Shown: in pieces, positions 21,266 to 30,139 of the stretch | Layout: each line of letters begins with the position of its first letter | Numbering within the stretch: position 1 is the first letter of the stretch | Assembly: GCA_041494705.1 (NCBI GenBank) | Contig: JBGQBI010000003.1 | Span: 150,001 to 182,000 of the forward strand | Origin: Candidatus Methanoperedens sp. | Lineage (GTDB): Archaea > Halobacteriota > Methanosarcinia > Methanosarcinales > Methanoperedenaceae | Direction: 5' to 3' | Length of the DNA: 32,000 nucleotides | The notes under the pieces: model-generated | The model's database searches: none | Told to the model about the DNA's origin: nothing | The model's input: only the letters and a program-made list of their open reading frames with translations | Program-made: the position numbers and the translations under genes

Positions 21266-21303
21266 CTTATCATCTACGTTAACGTATCAATTCAGAAATG
21301 GTA

Positions 21304-21648
21304 CTATAATGCTCCGATAATTGCTTGCTCAGGCAAGCCGGAATATTTTTTAACTATATTAATAAAATTTTGTTCCTGTAAAAATGAAGAGATAGAGAAC
21401 GCATCGTCAAAATCCCCAATTTCTTCCATGTCCTTCGCAATCAGACGTGTCTGGACTTTTGTAATACGAAGATGAGAAAGGACGTTCATGTAGTAGCCGA
21501 GAGGTTTTGCCCTGTCCGAAGAAATGTTCTTGACTGCACCGCATACTACGCAGTAAGGATGGGATTTCAATCCTTTCGCATGTCCCCTGAATTCGTAAGG
21601 AAGCCAAACTTTCTGGATATTCCCGCAGATTTTGTGGTTACAAGACAT
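21304..21648 (-). CDS. Hypothetical small protein with N-terminal Cys4 (zinc-ribbon-like) motif
   Basis: 114 aa, ATG start preceded by GGGGA. Cys3/Cys8 (CNHKIC) and Cys33/Cys36 (CVVC). No family recognised. Confidence 0.5.
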   Translation of the reverse strand: MSCNHKICGNIQKVWLPYEFRGHAKGLKSHPYCVVCGAVKNISSDRAKPLGYYMNVLSHLRITKVQTRLIAKDMEEIGDFDDAFSISSFLQEQNFINIVKKYSGLPEQAIIGAL

Positions 21649-21719
21649 GTAGTTCCCCTATATCCTTTTTTTATTGAAATTACGCACTAACTTGGCTTTC
21701 TATAATCATTTGGATGTAC

Positions 21720-22871
21720 TTAAATCTTCTGCATCTCTGTTTTTGTCACGTCTTCGTAATGCATTTTCAACTTCCTTACTATATCATCCCAATTATACTC
21801 TTCCGCCGCCTTTCTAACGGAAGTCGCCATCTTTTCCCGAAGCAAATTATTTGTAACAAGAGTATAGAAAGCATTCCCAATTTCATTCGCATCGAGATTT
21901 ACAACAAGACCAGTCTTTTCATTCACAAGCCCGCAGGCAGCATTCATTGGGCTTTTAACGGTAACAACAGGCACCCCGCAGGCAAAGGCTTCAATCACCA
22001 CGACCCCGAAACCCTCCCGGGTTGAAGGAAGCACAAGTACTTTGGAGGACTTCATCCGCGCTATTACCTCCTCATATCTCATGAATTCAAAGAATTTAAC
22101 ATTATCATTAAGCCCCCGCTCAGCGGCTACTTTAATAAGACATTCTTTCTCAGGTCCATTGCCAACAATATGGCATCTTAAATCCGGCAGCTTATCCTTA
22201 ATATAGTCCACAGCTTCAAGCAGCACATCCACATTCTTCTCTTTTATAAGCCGACCTACAAATATTATATCGCATTTTTCATTTGAGGGCAATATATCTG
22301 CAATTCTTTTTAAATCAATGCCGTTTGGCACTACATGGATATTCTGCCCACCAACTCCCAAAAACTTAAGATTCTTTCTTGTCGGGTCTGACACTGCTAC
22401 CATTTTAGACGTCAATTTTGCTGCCAGAAATTCCACAAGCTTTCCGAAAAAACCTTTATACCCTAAATATTCATACCAGTAATCTCCCCACACCTCATGC
22501 CATGTAATTATCATGGGCGTTCTCCAGAGAATAGATGCAAGTTTCACAGTAAAACATGAGAAATAAGGGAATGCGCTGACATCCATAACATCAAACCTCT
22601 CCCTTAAAAGATGAGGGAAAAGCTTAACCGAGAATATTATCGCCCCGGTGATTGAACGCCTGCCATCAACATATAACTCCATCCTCCTGCAAACGCCGTG
22701 CAGTGCCATGCCTTCATATTTTATAACCTCATCGCCGTCCCACCATTTAACCCCAAAAACATGCACCTCATTCCCCTGCTCTGCCAATCTTTTGCCTACT
22801 TCGTATATTCGCTTCTCTGCGCCCCCTTTTACCCAGGGGTAGACAGCGTCGTAAACGAAAGCTATTCTCAT
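21720..22871 (-). CDS. GT4 family glycosyltransferase
   Basis: The likely start is ATG 22871 (MRIAFVYDAVYPWVKGGAEKRIYEVGKRLA), overlapping the upstream stop as ATGA. EX7E-type motif REGFGVVVIEAFACGVPVVT. The 45-codon N-terminal extension in the track overlaps the upstream gene. Confidence 0.85.
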   Translation of the reverse strand: MRIAFVYDAVYPWVKGGAEKRIYEVGKRLAEQGNEVHVFGVKWWDGDEVIKYEGMALHGVCRRMELYVDGRRSITGAIIFSVKLFPHLLRERFDVMDVSAFPYFSCFTVKLASILWRTPMIITWHEVWGDYWYEYLGYKGFFGKLVEFLAAKLTSKMVAVSDPTRKNLKFLGVGGQNIHVVPNGIDLKRIADILPSNEKCDIIFVGRLIKEKNVDVLLEAVDYIKDKLPDLRCHIVGNGPEKECLIKVAAERGLNDNVKFFEFMRYEEVIARMKSSKVLVLPSTREGFGVVVIEAFACGVPVVTVKSPMNAACGLVNEKTGLVVNLDANEIGNAFYTLVTNNLLREKMATSVRKAAEEYNWDDIVRKLKMHYEDVTKTEMQKI

Positions 22872-24001
22872 TTTTCCTTTTTTTCCAGCATGAAGATGCT
22901 TATAATGAGCGTTGAAAAAATTATCTGGATGCCCATAGCTGCAAGCGCGACCGAGATTACCGCATTCCCCACCTCTGAAAGCGAACTGTAGCCGGAAGAA
23001 ATCCATTTGAGGAGTATTTTTGAACCCAGAACCATGCCTGCAAAGAATAACAATACGCCAATCAATAACCCGTATTCAAGGGAATGATAGTCCAGGAATT
23101 TTGCAGTTATTCCGGTCCTATCTATCTTATTATGCACTATGCCATAAACTTTCATGAAACTGCCTGTAGCTATCATCTGCGTTCCTATTATCGCAAGCAT
23201 GCTTCCAAGAATGAAAGAGTGAAGGCTCGTGGTTTCCACGTTACCGCGAATTGCCAGCGTTAGCGTCATGAATGCACCAAGGATGAACAGCAATAAACCC
23301 GGTATGTAGAAAAACGGCGTTGGATTGTACAGCATCATGAACCGCAGATGCCGCCACCCGTCTCCCCATGAGTGAAGTTTTGAAGGGGTCTGTCTTGGAT
23401 AATAAGTTATTGGAACTTCGGTTATCCGGATTTTTTTTCGCGCAGCCTCGATAATCATCTCGCTTGCAAATTCCATGCCTTCACTTTTTATATCCAGCCT
23501 ATCATAAGCTTCCCTTGTGATCGCGCGCATACCGCTATGGGCATCGCTTATGTTTGTTTTAAAAAGCCAGTTGAGTGTCCATGTCAGTACCGGGTTCCCG
23601 ATATACCTGTGAAGCCATGACATCGCGTTTTTCTTGATATCGCCCTTTAAACGCGTCCCCATTACGAAATCTGCTTCGCCTGCAAGGAGGGGTTTTAAAA
23701 ACTTCGGCATCTCCCTCATATCATACGTATCGTCCGCATCAGCCAGGACAATAATTGTTCCCCGGGTATGCCTGAATCCTTCCAGATAAGCATTGCCGTA
23801 TCCTTTTTTTTGAGGAATTACGATTCTTGCCCCTGATTCTTCGGCGATTTTCCTGGAATTATCTGTCGAATTGTCAGATACGATTATTTCCCCGTCAATT
23901 CCTTCCTTTTCAAAGGTTGAATTCGCTTTTCTGATGACTTCCCCTATTGTTTTCTCCTCGTTCATGCAGGGAATTATAACGGATACAAGAGGGCTGCTCA
24001 T
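22868..24001 (-). CDS. GT2 glycosyltransferase with C-terminal 4-TM domain (polyprenyl/dolichyl-phosphate hexose synthase-like, DPMS/GtrB architecture)
   Basis: VSVIIPCMNEE, SDNSTDNS and ADADDTYD (DxD), then four C-terminal hydrophobic helices. Confidence 0.85.
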   Translation of the reverse strand: MSSPLVSVIIPCMNEEKTIGEVIRKANSTFEKEGIDGEIIVSDNSTDNSRKIAEESGARIVIPQKKGYGNAYLEGFRHTRGTIIVLADADDTYDMREMPKFLKPLLAGEADFVMGTRLKGDIKKNAMSWLHRYIGNPVLTWTLNWLFKTNISDAHSGMRAITREAYDRLDIKSEGMEFASEMIIEAARKKIRITEVPITYYPRQTPSKLHSWGDGWRHLRFMMLYNPTPFFYIPGLLLFILGAFMTLTLAIRGNVETTSLHSFILGSMLAIIGTQMIATGSFMKVYGIVHNKIDRTGITAKFLDYHSLEYGLLIGVLLFFAGMVLGSKILLKWISSGYSSLSEVGNAVISVALAAMGIQIIFSTLIISIFMLEKKEK

Positions 24002-24061
24002 GATGACTGTGATGTTTTAATATCTAAAAACCTTTTCTGAGCGATATTGATTCTTCCTGGT

Positions 24062-26407
24062 TTAAACCAGATCTACCTTAATCTCCCGTCCTTCTTGAAC
24101 ATCCTGTTCACTGACTGAAACCTTTGTTGAGATATTTCCATTTTGAATAACATAATCACCTGACGCTCCTGTCCCGTACTTGCCGTCCAGCGTCGGGTAT
24201 GGGACTTTGATTTCATACCTGCCATTGCTGGAAGTTGTTTTCCAGGTATCTACTAAAGTTCTGCCCTGGTTTGTGACAATATTTAATGTAGCCTTAACTT
24301 CCCCATCGGCTGCCCTTCCTGAAATTGTAGCCCCGGGCACATATTCAAAAATTTTCACGTATTTTATATCCGGGCTCTTGATAGCAGTTGTACTTGATTC
24401 TAATATCAGGCGATAATGACCAAGCCCGTTCCCGTCAAAAACGTGAAGCTTTGATAACATGGTGTCAAAAAATTTCTTATTTTCGTTATTAACACTGCGT
24501 ATCTCGCCCACGTCCGAGACAGTCTTAATTTCATAATAATCCTCTGGTCTTTTGCCTGCCATCAATGCTATTGATTTAAATTTAAGTTTAAGCATCTGGG
24601 CATCTGTTATGATATAGCGGACGTTCCTTTTGCCAAGAATTTCATTTGCGGTTTTTTCATCCGGTTCTGTGAAAAATCGCGCAGCATCGTCAATGCCAGT
24701 CTGGAAATTGTTTGCTACAACGGGACGCCGGGCAATAAATAAAATCCAGTTCCCAGAATCCCACCAGCTCATTACACCGTATTCTGGGGTTTTATCCGGT
24801 GCATCATAGTAACTTGTGGGCTGGGAATTGTCTTTAAGCCACATATACGAATCGCGAAAATCCGGGTCTGGCGCTCCCACAGTGCCGCTTGCAAAGGATT
24901 TTATGACAAAAATATTCGAAATGGCAATAAGGAAAAGCAGGATTAAACTGATATTTAGAATTACACTTGAAGCGGAACCTGTCTCCCGCTGACCTTTTCT
25001 CCTTTTCCTGGAAACTGCAACATTTTTTTTTCCCTCAAACGGCTTCAACACACCAACAATAAAATATGCTGTAAAAATTGCATTGTTCACAGCAAAGAGA
25101 TAAATAAAACGCCTCTGCAGGACTGTAAGCACCAGGATAATTAAAGACCATGTTATTAAAAACACAGCTTCAGGCGGATACTTTTCCCGTCTGGTTTTAT
25201 AAATAAAATATATGAGAGCCAGTAATGCAATATAAAAGCTGAAACTGAAAGCATTCCAGACATTAGTAAGTGTGAACCCGCCTGAGGGGGTATTAAACAG
25301 GGGCACAGCCTCCTGGATAGTGGAAAGCACCCCTCCCCCCAAAAGATAACCTATCCCATCTGTTGCAGACAGGTAAAATTGCAGGGCAAAGATCTTAAGG
25401 GAGAAAACTCCTGTGCCAAATATCAACAATAATAATAGGGGATTATGCCACCATTTTTTGAATTGCAATTTTTGCATCGCAAAAAGCAGCACGCATAAGA
25501 AAAAAAAGACAGACAGGAATGCGACATGGAACATGGTAGGTAAATAGGAGATGATTTCAAATCCTGTTCCCCCGGATACGGCAACTGGCAGAATGATCAA
25601 AATGGAAACAAGGAATGTTATGCCACCCGTTAATAACAAATAAGCCGAACTTCGCCCGAACTTCCTGTCTATCACAAACTGGACAGGAATATAAAGTCCT
25701 ATGAGCCCTATGAAAATAGGAGCGCCGTCCCATGTGAATATCGAGAGCGCCAGTAATATGCCTGTAATTACGGGAAATAACAAATTTTTTAATAGGTTTG
25801 CCCTGAAATTGCCAAATGTTATATTGTTTTGCCGCATCCGTTTTATTGCAATGATGAAACACAGATAAGCCGCAGTGGAAAGCAGCGTCTCGGCGACATG
25901 ATGGTCTGTATATCCAAGAAAAGAAACATACACATGGGACGGGGTTATTGCAAAAATACCTGCGCTGATGAGCCCCGCGCGCCAGTCAAATATTTTTTCA
26001 GTAATTGCAAATACAAGCCACACTGTCAATACACCGAGCAACAGGGGGATAAGTGCCGCTGTCACTTCTATTGTATGGATTGAAGGGCTTCCTGCTCCTA
26101 TTAAAAGCGCAACTGCCGCAATAAACATATCATATAACGGCGCCCAGGTGATTTTTGAACCATACGGGAAATCAATATATGAATCAAACGAAAGGACTGA
26201 AGGGAAATGGGCGACTGCCGCAAAAATGCGCCGGATATGATAATAAGAATCTGCCCCGAGTATGGTTATATTCCCGCCTGAAAAAACAACCGGAAAAACC
26301 CATAATCTTACAGCAAGGGCAAGAAGCAAAATACCTGTGAGAATTTTGTACTTATTTTTTTCTATGAAGAGTGCACTCATAATAGCATCCCCTGAGAGGT
26401 CTAACAT
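24062..26407 (-). CDS. aglB: Archaeal oligosaccharyltransferase AglB (STT3 family)
   Basis: 781 aa with a 13-TM-like N-terminal domain. GADSYYHIRR (first-loop acidic motif) and GYTDHHVAE. The WWDxG motif reads WWDSG at nt 24752-24766. Soluble C-terminal domain. Alternative start ATG 26380. Confidence 0.9.
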   Translation of the reverse strand: MLDLSGDAIMSALFIEKNKYKILTGILLLALAVRLWVFPVVFSGGNITILGADSYYHIRRIFAAVAHFPSVLSFDSYIDFPYGSKITWAPLYDMFIAAVALLIGAGSPSIHTIEVTAALIPLLLGVLTVWLVFAITEKIFDWRAGLISAGIFAITPSHVYVSFLGYTDHHVAETLLSTAAYLCFIIAIKRMRQNNITFGNFRANLLKNLLFPVITGILLALSIFTWDGAPIFIGLIGLYIPVQFVIDRKFGRSSAYLLLTGGITFLVSILIILPVAVSGGTGFEIISYLPTMFHVAFLSVFFFLCVLLFAMQKLQFKKWWHNPLLLLLIFGTGVFSLKIFALQFYLSATDGIGYLLGGGVLSTIQEAVPLFNTPSGGFTLTNVWNAFSFSFYIALLALIYFIYKTRREKYPPEAVFLITWSLIILVLTVLQRRFIYLFAVNNAIFTAYFIVGVLKPFEGKKNVAVSRKRRKGQRETGSASSVILNISLILLFLIAISNIFVIKSFASGTVGAPDPDFRDSYMWLKDNSQPTSYYDAPDKTPEYGVMSWWDSGNWILFIARRPVVANNFQTGIDDAARFFTEPDEKTANEILGKRNVRYIITDAQMLKLKFKSIALMAGKRPEDYYEIKTVSDVGEIRSVNNENKKFFDTMLSKLHVFDGNGLGHYRLILESSTTAIKSPDIKYVKIFEYVPGATISGRAADGEVKATLNIVTNQGRTLVDTWKTTSSNGRYEIKVPYPTLDGKYGTGASGDYVIQNGNISTKVSVSEQDVQEGREIKVDLV

Positions 26408-26622
26408 CTTACAAGTATAAAAGATTTGTTTGCCGGAAACTTTGCGTTGCCTTCAGGGAAGGATAGCCCAATAATCATTTATCTTTATTTATAATTATAA
26501 ATCATTGATATTTAGAAAATTTTAAATAGTCTTACAACAAAATATACTTAACTGAAAAATGCCATATTTATCTAAATATTGGCTTGAAATCAAGGGATTA
26601 CAGGATTATGGGGGAATAATGA
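26408..26622. promoter_or_regulatory. AT-rich divergent promoter region between aglB and the surface-protein gene
   Basis: Several TATA-like boxes, for example TTTAAATA at 26521-26528 preceded by a purine-rich stretch. SD-like GGGGGA at 26610-26615, 7 nt before ATG 26623. No transcription start site can be read from sequence alone. Confidence 0.4.
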
Positions 26623-28494
26623 ATGAAAATTAGAATATTATATATTTTAATAATATTGGGAATTGTAATAACATCTGCGACTGCAACTCCGGCTTTTGTG
26701 GAAGTCAGACCTCTTAACAGGACTGGCGTTCCTGCGGCATTTGCATCGAATACTTCCTTCTATTTCAATAATGAGAATATGGCGATACAAGTTCTTTTGA
26801 ATGAAAATGTCTCTAGATTCGGATTGGGATATGTCTCTGCTACATTTTCACCCCCTGGTTATTCTCAACAAACTGCTAATCTAACTTATCCTAATTCAAG
26901 TTCAGGTGGCAATTATACATATTATCTTAATTTTACTATACCGGGCAACGTCTCAAATAACATTGCCTCAGTAATAACAATTACAGCAGTTAATGGTTCT
27001 GGTGGAGGCGGAAATCCCGTGAACACAACCACGTTCGTAGCATTGATAAATATAAATCCTGAAGATAACGAGGTAGGGTTGAGAGCCACGGCTGTCGGCG
27101 CAACAAACTGGAGCACAATCCCGGATTACACAAACGTACAGAACCTCACATTTACAAAATACAACAGCAGCACGTTTGCATATAAACTCGGCAACGTGGA
27201 ATTCTTAGAAAACATAAATCTCGCCGACAATACCACAGCTACGGCGCTCCAGTCGTTTGGGACAAACATGAAAATGTCATCGACATATATGGATATGAAC
27301 TCTGCTCAGTCTGCTCTTGCTGCATTGAACAAACAAGCAAAGCTCTCAATGTATAATCTTAGCTCATTATTCGGTGGAATACGGGCAGGTATACTGGTAG
27401 ATGGAGTTCCTGCATACTACGCCAACGGGTCAACCAATGGAAGCAGTTCTATCAGTGGCGTGGACTGGAGCCCGGATAATAATACCATTAACTTCACGGC
27501 TGCACACTGGTCTAACGACTCGCTGCAAGACCAGAAAGCTCCAACCATAAGCAGTGTGGCGTCAAGTTCCGTAACTTCCAGCGGTGCAACCATTACATGG
27601 ACGACAGACCTGTTTGCCAATTCGCTCGTTAAATACGGCACCACATCGGGGATTGAAAACATGACCAACACGGCCACAGAGTCCTCAACAAGCACAAAAT
27701 CCCACAGCGTGACCCTGACTGGACTGTCAGCAAGCACCACATACTATTATTTTGTAAACAGCACCAACTCCATAAGCACAAACAGTAGCCAGAGTTCTCA
27801 GTCCAGTTTCACGACTTCTGCATCGGGCGGCGGCAGTAGCAGCGGCAGCACAGGTGGCGGAGGAGTGACCACATCGGAGCCTTCTGCTAACATAGCGAAA
27901 GCTGAGAGCTATGACAAGAGCCTCATAGCAAATACTCCAGTCACTTACACCTTCAAAGCGCCTGAACTCGGCGTATACGAAATAGCCGTCACAGGCAAAG
28001 AGAACGAAAACGGCATAGCCCTGAGGGTAGAGGTTCTTAAAGGCACGTCAAAACAGGTAACAGTCCAGGCGCCCGGAACTGTATATAAGAATATAAACAT
28101 CGTGACCGGTACAAAGAGAATGAAAGAAGCCCTGATAAGATTCAGGGTTGAGAACTCATGGCTCGGAAGCAACAGCCTTGCAGGCAGCGATGTAAAGATG
28201 CTCCATTGGGTCGGCAGCCAGTGGACGCAGCTTGAAACCGCACAAACGACAAAAGACGATACATATACATACTACGAGGCAAAGACAGTCTCCTTCTCGC
28301 CTTTCGCAATAAGCGGAATAAAAGGCGGCGTATTAGTGCCCACAGCAACGCCTGTGGTAACAGGAACCAAGGTTATGCCGACTGGTACGGGCACTCCATC
28401 TCCGGCGCCGACAAAGAAGGTACCAGCAGTTGAATTTGTCTTAACAATAGCCATACTTTCAGCGGCTTATCTGTCCGGCAGAATGAGAAGATGA
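26623..28494 (+). CDS. Secreted, sequon-rich surface (S-layer-associated) glycoprotein: signal peptide + FN3 + PGF-pre-PGF domain + C-terminal TM/basic anchor
   Basis: Signal-like N-terminus MKIRILYILIILGIVITSATA. FN3-like aa ~305-398 (APTISSVASSSVTSSGATITW..HSVTLTGLSASTTYYYFV). PGF-pre-PGF-like aa ~418-565 (..RVEVLKG..IRFRVENSWL..SFSPFAISG). T/P linker, then PAVEFVLTIAILSAAYLSGRMRR. Confidence 0.85.
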   Translation: MKIRILYILIILGIVITSATATPAFVEVRPLNRTGVPAAFASNTSFYFNNENMAIQVLLNENVSRFGLGYVSATFSPPGYSQQTANLTYPNSSSGGNYTYYLNFTIPGNVSNNIASVITITAVNGSGGGGNPVNTTTFVALININPEDNEVGLRATAVGATNWSTIPDYTNVQNLTFTKYNSSTFAYKLGNVEFLENINLADNTTATALQSFGTNMKMSSTYMDMNSAQSALAALNKQAKLSMYNLSSLFGGIRAGILVDGVPAYYANGSTNGSSSISGVDWSPDNNTINFTAAHWSNDSLQDQKAPTISSVASSSVTSSGATITWTTDLFANSLVKYGTTSGIENMTNTATESSTSTKSHSVTLTGLSASTTYYYFVNSTNSISTNSSQSSQSSFTTSASGGGSSSGSTGGGGVTTSEPSANIAKAESYDKSLIANTPVTYTFKAPELGVYEIAVTGKENENGIALRVEVLKGTSKQVTVQAPGTVYKNINIVTGTKRMKEALIRFRVENSWLGSNSLAGSDVKMLHWVGSQWTQLETAQTTKDDTYTYYEAKTVSFSPFAISGIKGGVLVPTATPVVTGTKVMPTGTGTPSPAPTKKVPAVEFVLTIAILSAAYLSGRMRR

Positions 28495-28521
28495 GCAATC
28501 ATCTTCTTTTGTTTCTTTTTT
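28486..28521 (+). terminator. Hairpin plus oligo-T terminator candidate
   Basis: A perfect 9-bp stem agaagatga / tcatcttct (28486-28494 / 28499-28507, loop gcaa) includes the TGA stop. It is followed by tttgtttctttttt (28508-28521). Confidence 0.5.
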
Positions 28522-28584
28522 AAGTCTATTACTTTATTTTACCAAAATGATTATGCTTGCCGTAAACAATATCCATAGCAAGCC

Positions 28585-29076
28585 ATGAATAAAAACATAA
28601 ACAGGATATCTGGAAAAGTATGGAAATTCGGCGATAATATCGACACCGATGTCATTATTCCGGGTAAATATCTCCGCACCACAGATATGAACGTGTTCGC
28701 ATCCCATGTCATGGAGGGAATTGACCCTGAGTTCCCGAAAAAAGTAAAAACAGGCGATATAATCGTGGCAGGAAAAAACTTCGGATGCGGCTCATCCCGC
28801 GAGCAGGCGCCCCTTGCTTTGAAGCATGCAGGCATAGCATGTATCGTGGCAGAATCATTTGCCAGGATTTTTTTCAGGAATGCGATTAACGTCGGCCTGC
28901 CCATCATCGAAGCAAAAATTGACTGCAGCGAAGGAGATATCATCGAAATCGACCTCGGGAGCGGAATCGTAAAACATAAAGACAAGACATTTTCAGCCAC
29001 AAAACTTCCGGATTTCCTTCGTGAGATACTCGCAGACGGCGGACTTGTTGAACACCGCAAAAAGGTGAGTTTGTGA
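28585..29076 (+). CDS. Aconitase-family small subunit, LeuD/HacB type (3-isopropylmalate dehydratase or methanogen homoaconitase small subunit)
   Basis: [37 protein letters not shown] and [16 protein letters not shown] are canonical type-2 LeuD motifs. No large-subunit gene is adjacent. Confidence 0.9.
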   Translation: MNKNINRISGKVWKFGDNIDTDVIIPGKYLRTTDMNVFASHVMEGIDPEFPKKVKTGDIIVAGKNFGCGSSREQAPLALKHAGIACIVAESFARIFFRNAINVGLPIIEAKIDCSEGDIIEIDLGSGIVKHKDKTFSATKLPDFLREILADGGLVEHRKKVSL

Positions 29077-29948
29077 TATTCCCTCCTGATTATAAAAGCG
29101 TGGGAGTAACAAGAAGCGACCCCTGCGAGCGCCTCGGGTGCCCAATCTATTTTACCACGGAATACCTGATAGCAGACCTTCCTTCCGGCTTTTCAATATA
29201 CAGAGTAAAAAGCGATGGCGTTGGGCTTATGAAAAAACTTATTTCACTTGTTCTGCTGGCGAAAGGGAACCAGATAAAAAAATTCGGGGAAAAACTCGAT
29301 TCCCATGACAGGACGCGCCTCATTGAATCTGCAATCTCGCTTGCCCGGGGGAACGTGAACACTGTTATTTTTGAAGGTATGGACAGGCATATCACTTTTG
29401 TGCAGGACCCCACCCTCCATGAGGTTATGGAGATTGAGATTATCGATATCGCGCCGCCAGAACCGCCGTGGCTTTCTTTCGCAGTAGAGAGGCTTGTCAG
29501 GAGCGGGATACTGGGGGAGCTGAATATCAGGTTCACCACAAAACTCATAGACCTTCGTAAGTTTGAAGGGGATAAAATTGTTTTCCCATGCCATGCTTCA
29601 GAACTTAAAGGAAAATATCTTGATACCGATACCGAAATTGAGAACGATTCCACCCTGGTTGGATGCGATATCTCAAAACAGATTTTTGAACTGCGGTTTC
29701 CAAATCTCACCTACAAACATATCAACATGTGTCCCCTTAAAGCAGAGCTTTACATGCCCACAAAACCGTTTATCACGCGATGCTGCCAGAGCAAAAAATC
29801 AGGGATGGTGAACATAAACGGCATTGACGGCGCCGTGGTGCACTGGGGCGCATCGGAATATGACATCGTGGATGCAATCCGGATGCTGGTAAAGGTTATA
29901 AATGGGAATCGCATAGATAGTAATCAAAAGACTGAGAAAGGAGGATAA
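29073..29948 (+). CDS. Conserved-looking hypothetical protein (291 aa, Cys-containing), translationally coupled to the small-subunit gene
   Basis: The GTG start overlaps the upstream TGA (GTGA at 29073-29076). The composition is globular. Cys motifs: CERLGCP, FPCH, VGCD, NMCP, RCCQ. The antisense 187-aa ORF is Ser-rich and looks spurious. An alternative start at Met53 (29229) is possible. Confidence 0.65.
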   Translation: MIFPPDYKSVGVTRSDPCERLGCPIYFTTEYLIADLPSGFSIYRVKSDGVGLMKKLISLVLLAKGNQIKKFGEKLDSHDRTRLIESAISLARGNVNTVIFEGMDRHITFVQDPTLHEVMEIEIIDIAPPEPPWLSFAVERLVRSGILGELNIRFTTKLIDLRKFEGDKIVFPCHASELKGKYLDTDTEIENDSTLVGCDISKQIFELRFPNLTYKHINMCPLKAELYMPTKPFITRCCQSKKSGMVNINGIDGAVVHWGASEYDIVDAIRMLVKVINGNRIDSNQKTEKGG

Positions 29949-30103
29949 TGAGAAAACAAGGGATATTTTTTGGAGACGGTTTCTCCTTCTATCTGGTTTC
30001 AGCTATAATAATAGCAATCTTAATTGTACTTTTTATAGTAATACCAAAATTCACACATTCGATGGATACCCTGGTCAGCAAACTACCCCTGTCAATACCC
30101 TGA
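29948..30103 (+). CDS. Possible 51-aa single-TM micro-protein
   Basis: My own translation: [51 protein letters not shown]. Its ATG overlaps the upstream TAA (TAATG). It is below the ORF-track size cut-off and has no homology evidence. Confidence 0.35.
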   Translation: MRKQGIFFGDGFSFYLVSAIIIAILIVLFIVIPKFTHSMDTLVSKLPLSIP

Positions 30104-30139
30104 AAACCAGCTGGAATCCAAAAATAATGAGTATAATGA

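Noticed and set aside
21111-21280. Possible tRNA or tRNA fragment (integration att site) in the GC island, and likewise in the 30160-30246 hairpin region.
   Set aside because: No GTTCRANNC T-loop, no 7-bp acceptor pairing and no D-arm consensus on either strand. The hairpins do not arrange into a cloverleaf.
21094-21282. 62-aa + strand ORF over the GC-rich island.
   Set aside because: Pro/Ala/Arg/Gly-rich translation typical of random GC-rich sequence. There is no start context and no homology recognised. The region is treated as a non-coding structured segment.
22872-23006. N-terminal extensions in the ORF track: GT4 to 23006, gmd to 6229, rSAM to 10420, DegT-like to 5121, NTase to 21062, GT to 1590.
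   Set aside because: The extensions begin at TTG or overlap the upstream gene by up to 139 nt, and their sequence is not family-like. Internal ATGs sit at classic ATGA/TAATATG junctions and give N-termini matching the family consensus.
24752-24766. AglB catalytic motif reads WWDSG rather than WWDYG.
   Set aside because: The motif is generally defined as WWDxG and the fourth position varies among archaeal AglBs, so this is not anomalous.
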